Notes under the pieces: model-generated
Told to the model about the DNA's origin: nothing
Databases searched by the model: none
The model's input: only the letters and a program-made list of their open reading frames with translations
Origin: a virus
Lineage: Duplodnaviria > Caudoviricetes
Direction: 5' to 3' (one strand)
IMG/VR virus record: IMGVR_UViG_3300023170_004399
Location: 96,001 to 160,000 of that record
Length of the DNA: 64,000 bases
Made by a program: the position numbers and the translations under genes
In this document: piece by piece, positions 59,681 to 64,000 of the stretch
Layout: the number at the start of each line of letters is the position of its first letter
How positions within the stretch are numbered: the first letter of the stretch is position 1

Positions 59681-60816
59681 TGTCGACTAGGTTTAAAATC
59701 AACAAGGTCCCAAGTATAGGGACGCAAAGATTCTACAAGTATGACAAAATAGAGGAAACAGTAGATGATTTTTACTTACCTTCTTGTGGTATCGAAGATG
59801 TTGACAGAGCACTTTTTAACCTTTTTGATAAAGATTTAAATTTTATTAACACAGAAGGTGGACAGACAAAAAAAGTGCCTGTTATTTTTGCTACTGGTGA
59901 AAGAGCTTTTTTACTAAGGAAGAAAATACCACTGCATGATGTTAATGAAACTTTGATATTACCTATTATATCCATAGTCAGATCATCAATTGAACAAGGT
60001 AGTGAAGCTGGTGTTGGACCTGGAAATGGTGAAATGATCATTTCTAAAAAAATAAGTGAAAAAAATGCAGACTACAAAGTTTTAACGGATAAAGATTTAA
60101 GAAACAAAGCAGAAAAAGCATCTGTAAATGGTTACAGAAACACAAGATCAAAAATAGCTGTTCAAAATACTTCCAGTGATAACATATATGAAATTATTAC
60201 TATGCCGTCACCTAGGTATTTTAAAGTTACGTATGAAATAACTTTTTGGACGCATTATCAAACGCAAATGAATAACATGTTAGAAATATTAATGCAATCA
60301 TACAACATTAATCCAGCAAGAAGTTTTCGAATTGAAACTGATAAAGGTTATTGGTTTGTAGCTACTGTTGATCAAAGTTTTAGTCAACAAAGTAACACAG
60401 ACAGTTATTCTGAAGATGAAAGAATGGTAAGACAAAGTTTTAATGTTAGTGTAAATGGTTACTTAATAAACCCATCGGGTGATGGTCATTTACCAGTTTT
60501 GAAAAAATACACTTCAGCTCCAATGTTAAATTTTACTTTACAGACTGATGATTTTGACAAAAAACCAACAAATAATGTTGCTAGTTCAAATCCAGATGAT
60601 TATATATATAAAGACTTTGAAAATGAAGCAGATCCTTTGCCTACTAGAGTTGTTGCAAAAAAAGGTGAGTTAAATGATGGTATTATGCGTGAGACTAATA
60701 TAATTAAAAATAACAGAGTAGTTTCGAAAGTAAATGACCCTTTTTCTAGTAAAAATGTTCGTGCAAATATACAAAAAGGTTCAAAAGGTGAATTGATTAT
60801 TAAAGTTTTGGAATAA
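59680..60816 (+). CDS. gp15: Tail terminator/sheath stabiliser (T4 gp15-like)
   Basis: VPVIFATGER, LPIISI, PRYFKVTYEITFWT..QMNNMLE; between gp14 and the sheath. Confidence 0.7.
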   Translation: MSTRFKINKVPSIGTQRFYKYDKIEETVDDFYLPSCGIEDVDRALFNLFDKDLNFINTEGGQTKKVPVIFATGERAFLLRKKIPLHDVNETLILPIISIVRSSIEQGSEAGVGPGNGEMIISKKISEKNADYKVLTDKDLRNKAEKASVNGYRNTRSKIAVQNTSSDNIYEIITMPSPRYFKVTYEITFWTHYQTQMNNMLEILMQSYNINPARSFRIETDKGYWFVATVDQSFSQQSNTDSYSEDERMVRQSFNVSVNGYLINPSGDGHLPVLKKYTSAPMLNFTLQTDDFDKKPTNNVASSNPDDYIYKDFENEADPLPTRVVAKKGELNDGIMRETNIIKNNRVVSKVNDPFSSKNVRANIQKGSKGELIIKVLE

Positions 60817-60830
60817 TGAAAAAAATCAAC

Positions 60831-60837
60831 ATATTTA
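60831..60837 (+). promoter_or_regulatory. Candidate late promoter variant ATATTTA (sheath unit)
   Basis: 31 nt before ATG 60862. Confidence 0.4.
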
Positions 60838-60861
60838 ATGTATGATGAAAGGAGATTATTA

Positions 60862-63800
60862 ATGGCAGAAAATACATTTAAAAGCCCCGGGTTTTTTGAT
60901 AGAGAAATTGAACTTACAGCACAAGTTGAATCTCCGTCAGTAACTCCAGCTGGTATTATTGGTACTAGTAAAAAAGGGCCCGCGTTTGTTCCCGTAACAA
61001 TAGGAAGCAAAGAACAATTTGATAATATTTTTGGAACAAATGATGTTGAAAGATTCGGACCCTATGCAGTTGAGAAATTTTTAGAAAACAAAGCTGGCGT
61101 GACTTTCTTAAGAGTGTTAGGTGCTGGTGCAAATACTTCCACGACGGATATCGCTAACACAGAAGAGAAAGGTATAGTAAAAAATGCTGGTTTTAGAATA
61201 GACAATGGTGATGCTGATGCAACAGCGAATGGACAAAGATTGGGTGTTGTACAGTTTTTAACTGCTAGACATACTGTCAGTGCAAACAGTGATGTAGGCT
61301 TCCCATGTTTTACTGATAATAATAGTTTCCCAAACTTAAGAGAAGCTAGCGCAGCTGATGATACAGTTAATTTGGTAAGAGCAGTACTTTTTACCACAAC
61401 TGGATCAGTTTTCTTTGTACAAGATCATAACGCTTCTACGCCGGCTGATAGTGATAGTGTTTCAGCAGACATTGCAACTACAAATACAAATACGAAAAAA
61501 TTTAGATTGCTACTATATTCTGAGAAGGGTTCAGATTTTGCAACAACAGACGGTGTTGAAGGCTTTAAAGTTTTTAACGTAAGTTTAGATCCAGACGACA
61601 AAGATTATATTGGTAAAGTGTTAAATACGGACCCAACAAAATTCGATCGAGAACAACATCTGCTATATTTAGATTATGCTGTTGAAGACGAGTTAGCTTC
61701 TGTAGTTGGAGGTGCCAACGCAGTAGCTATTTTATCTGGTTCAAATTCTGATTCAACTGTTGCTAATGTTACAGACAAGTCTTACCGATCTCTTTATGGT
61801 CGCTATGATACAAGATATACAACGCCAAAGACTACTAAGTTTATATCACAACCGTTTGGAAAGACAGAATATAACTTGTTTCATTTCGAAACACTGTCAG
61901 ATGGTGCAATGCAACAAGATCAAATAAAAGTTTCTATTAGCAATATTAAAGCTTCCGTAGAAGACAATTACAAGTATGGTACCTTTAATGTACAAGTAAG
62001 AAGATTAAAGGATACAGACCCTAAACCAGAAATATTAGAAGAATTTATTAATTGTTCCTTAGACCCTACAAACGAAAGATTTGTTGGTCGACTTATTGGT
62101 GATAGAAAAGTAAAATTTAATTTTGACGCTGATTTAGATGAAGAAAAGAGATTAGTCGTATCTGGACGATACCCTAATGTCTCAAGTCATATTAGAATTG
62201 TTATTGACGATGCTGTATATAAAAAAGACGTGCCTGAAACAGCTTTACCTTTCGGTTTTAAGGGAATACCAGTTTTAAAAACTAACCCAATGTTAATTGA
62301 TGACAGCAGTGCTGTTTTTACTGATAATCAAAGATTAGCTGGTAAAGGAATTAGTAACAGTATTACTGGTTCTATAGTGCCACCTTTGCCATTACGATTT
62401 AAAGTTACTCGCGGCAGTGTTTCTACCTCTCCTTCTTTTGTAGGTCACCCTGGTTCAAAAGAAAAAACAAGAGAACAATTCTACTGGGGCGTTAAAACAG
62501 ACAGAATAGTAGATTCTGCTCGAGTTGCAGATGGTGTTTTAAATTCAAATGTTTCATCTCAATATAATAAAGTTATTGATGCTTACTCAAAATTTCAAGG
62601 GATAAGCAAGTTAGACACGCTGGTCACTGGATCATCTGCAGATACATTCAATAATAATAAATTTACTTTAGGTCGAGTTGCATTGGTGCAAACACTAAGT
62701 GCTAATGGCTCATTACCATCATTTACAGCTTCAATACCTACACATATGAAAGACGCAGCTTATATTAGAAATGGTGTTATAGATCAGAAAACTTATCAAA
62801 TCGCTGATCCAATCGACACAAGTTTAAACAGAGTTACCTTTGCTACTATTCTAAATAGTTCTGCTACAACATTTAATAAGTTTTCTGGCTTTGCTAAGTT
62901 TACTAACATATTCCATGGTGGGTTTGATGGTGCAAATATTCTAAATAAAGATTTGTATTACATGAATGATAAAGCTAGTTCTCAAGTTGGATATGCTGGT
63001 GATACTATTACTGGTGGATTAGGTTTCTACGGTTCAGCAGATCAAACTGGCTCAGAAGTTGCACTTGGTACTGGTAAAAATAATAGCATAGTGGCTTCTT
63101 ATAGAACAGCTATTGATATTATGACAGATCCTATGGCTTCTAACATCAATATATTAGCTATTCCTGGTATTCGTGATTCTTATATAACAGATTATGCTGT
63201 AGAAAAGAATAAAGATTACTCTATGGGACTTTATGTCATGGATATTCCAACATTCGATGAAGATGGCAACAGATTGTTTGATGACAGTACTGCTAAACCA
63301 GATGTTGATAAAACAGTTGATGACTTAGCTGCTAGAACATTAGATGACAATGCAGCAGCTGCATACTTCCCAGATGTTCAGATGGAAGACATTCAAAATA
63401 ATAACAGAAGAGTTAATGTACCTGCTTCAGTAGCGGCATTAGGTGCTTTGGCATTTAACGATGCTGTAAGTTATCCATGGTATGCACCTGCAGGTTTTAA
63501 TAGAGGCGCTTTAGGTTTCGTAACAAATACTAAAACAAAATTAAGCGTTGCTGACAGAGATTCTTTATACGAAAATAGAATTAACCCGATTGCAAATTTT
63601 CCTGATGGCAGCTTTGTAATATTTGGTCAAAAAACTTTGCAAAAAGCACAAAGTGCTTTGGACAGAGTTAACGTAAGAAGATTACTATTAGAAGTTAAGA
63701 GACAGGTTTCAGCTGTTGCAAATAGATTTGTTTTTGAACAAAATGATAGTGCAACTCGAGAAAGATTTGTTTCACAAGTATCTCCTTTGCTTGCAGTTGT

Positions 63801-63975
63801 ACAGGCTCAGGCGGGTGTAGAAGAATTTAGAGTAATATGTGATAATTCAAACAATAGTGCTAATGATGTTGATGAAAACAGATTAAATGGTACCATTGTG
63901 GTTGTACCTACTAGAGCAATTGAATTTATTGCAATTGATTTTATTATTACTAACTCGGGTGTTAGCTTTGAATAA
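60862..63975 (+). CDS. gp18: Contractile tail sheath protein (T4 gp18-like, 1037 aa)
   Basis: FKSPGFFDREIE, KKGPAFVP, FHGGFDG, WYAPAGFNRG, LYENRINPI, FGQKTLQ, DRVNVRRLL, VPTRAIEFIAIDF; start ATG 60862 behind AAAGGAG. Confidence 0.95.
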   Translation: MAENTFKSPGFFDREIELTAQVESPSVTPAGIIGTSKKGPAFVPVTIGSKEQFDNIFGTNDVERFGPYAVEKFLENKAGVTFLRVLGAGANTSTTDIANTEEKGIVKNAGFRIDNGDADATANGQRLGVVQFLTARHTVSANSDVGFPCFTDNNSFPNLREASAADDTVNLVRAVLFTTTGSVFFVQDHNASTPADSDSVSADIATTNTNTKKFRLLLYSEKGSDFATTDGVEGFKVFNVSLDPDDKDYIGKVLNTDPTKFDREQHLLYLDYAVEDELASVVGGANAVAILSGSNSDSTVANVTDKSYRSLYGRYDTRYTTPKTTKFISQPFGKTEYNLFHFETLSDGAMQQDQIKVSISNIKASVEDNYKYGTFNVQVRRLKDTDPKPEILEEFINCSLDPTNERFVGRLIGDRKVKFNFDADLDEEKRLVVSGRYPNVSSHIRIVIDDAVYKKDVPETALPFGFKGIPVLKTNPMLIDDSSAVFTDNQRLAGKGISNSITGSIVPPLPLRFKVTRGSVSTSPSFVGHPGSKEKTREQFYWGVKTDRIVDSARVADGVLNSNVSSQYNKVIDAYSKFQGISKLDTLVTGSSADTFNNNKFTLGRVALVQTLSANGSLPSFTASIPTHMKDAAYIRNGVIDQKTYQIADPIDTSLNRVTFATILNSSATTFNKFSGFAKFTNIFHGGFDGANILNKDLYYMNDKASSQVGYAGDTITGGLGFYGSADQTGSEVALGTGKNNSIVASYRTAIDIMTDPMASNINILAIPGIRDSYITDYAVEKNKDYSMGLYVMDIPTFDEDGNRLFDDSTAKPDVDKTVDDLAARTLDDNAAAAYFPDVQMEDIQNNNRRVNVPASVAALGALAFNDAVSYPWYAPAGFNRGALGFVTNTKTKLSVADRDSLYENRINPIANFPDGSFVIFGQKTLQKAQSALDRVNVRRLLLEVKRQVSAVANRFVFEQNDSATRERFVSQVSPLLAVVQAQAGVEEFRVICDNSNNSANDVDENRLNGTIVVVPTRAIEFIAIDFIITNSGVSFE

Positions 63976-64000
63976 TATATATAGAATAGAAGATAAAATA

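Noticed and set aside
40684-63975. Inteins, introns or homing endonucleases in terminase, primase, portal, MCP or sheath
   Set aside because: No intein splice motifs, LAGLIDADG/HNH/GIY-YIG motifs or frame breaks seen; terminase and primase are of normal length.
1-64000. Stop-codon reassignment (seen in some large phages)
   Set aside because: Conserved proteins are full length in the standard code; TAG (e.g. 4544, 10370, 53083) and TGA (2197, 41610, 44738) end genes right where the next begins.
1-64000. tRNA or structured ncRNA genes
   Set aside because: Intergenic gaps are short (the longest about 140-160 nt) and show no cloverleaf or T-loop pattern; only terminator hairpins were found.

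Overview
A densely coding, AT-rich stretch (roughly 30% GC by eye) with every credible gene on the + strand. It is the virion morphogenesis region of a large T4-like myovirus (Caudoviricetes); no host genes, tRNAs, CRISPR array or mobile elements were seen. Order: 3' end of a probable sigma-like gene; baseplate (spike, gp25, gp6/J, gp7/I-like with LamG inserts); large fibre/lectin proteins (2135, 1094, 282, 550 aa); more baseplate-region ORFs, including what looks like a split tail-collar domain in two copies; RuvC, primase and a fused Mre11-Rad50; terminase, portal, prohead protease and small head proteins; a divergent ribosomal protein bS21 directly before the scaffold and major capsid genes; neck gp13/14/15; tail sheath. 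The main leads are (1) phage bS21 together with strong Shine-Dalgarno use in late genes, (2) a positionally conserved ATA[A/T/C]TTA candidate late promoter, (3) a hydrophobic-[S/T]-[G/A]-S motif concentrated in outer virion proteins, (4) the split, duplicated tail-collar domain, and (5) a scaffold whose predicted protease cuts release poly-Arg and poly-Asp peptides. All family assignments are from motif recognition by eye, with no database searches; counts are manual.
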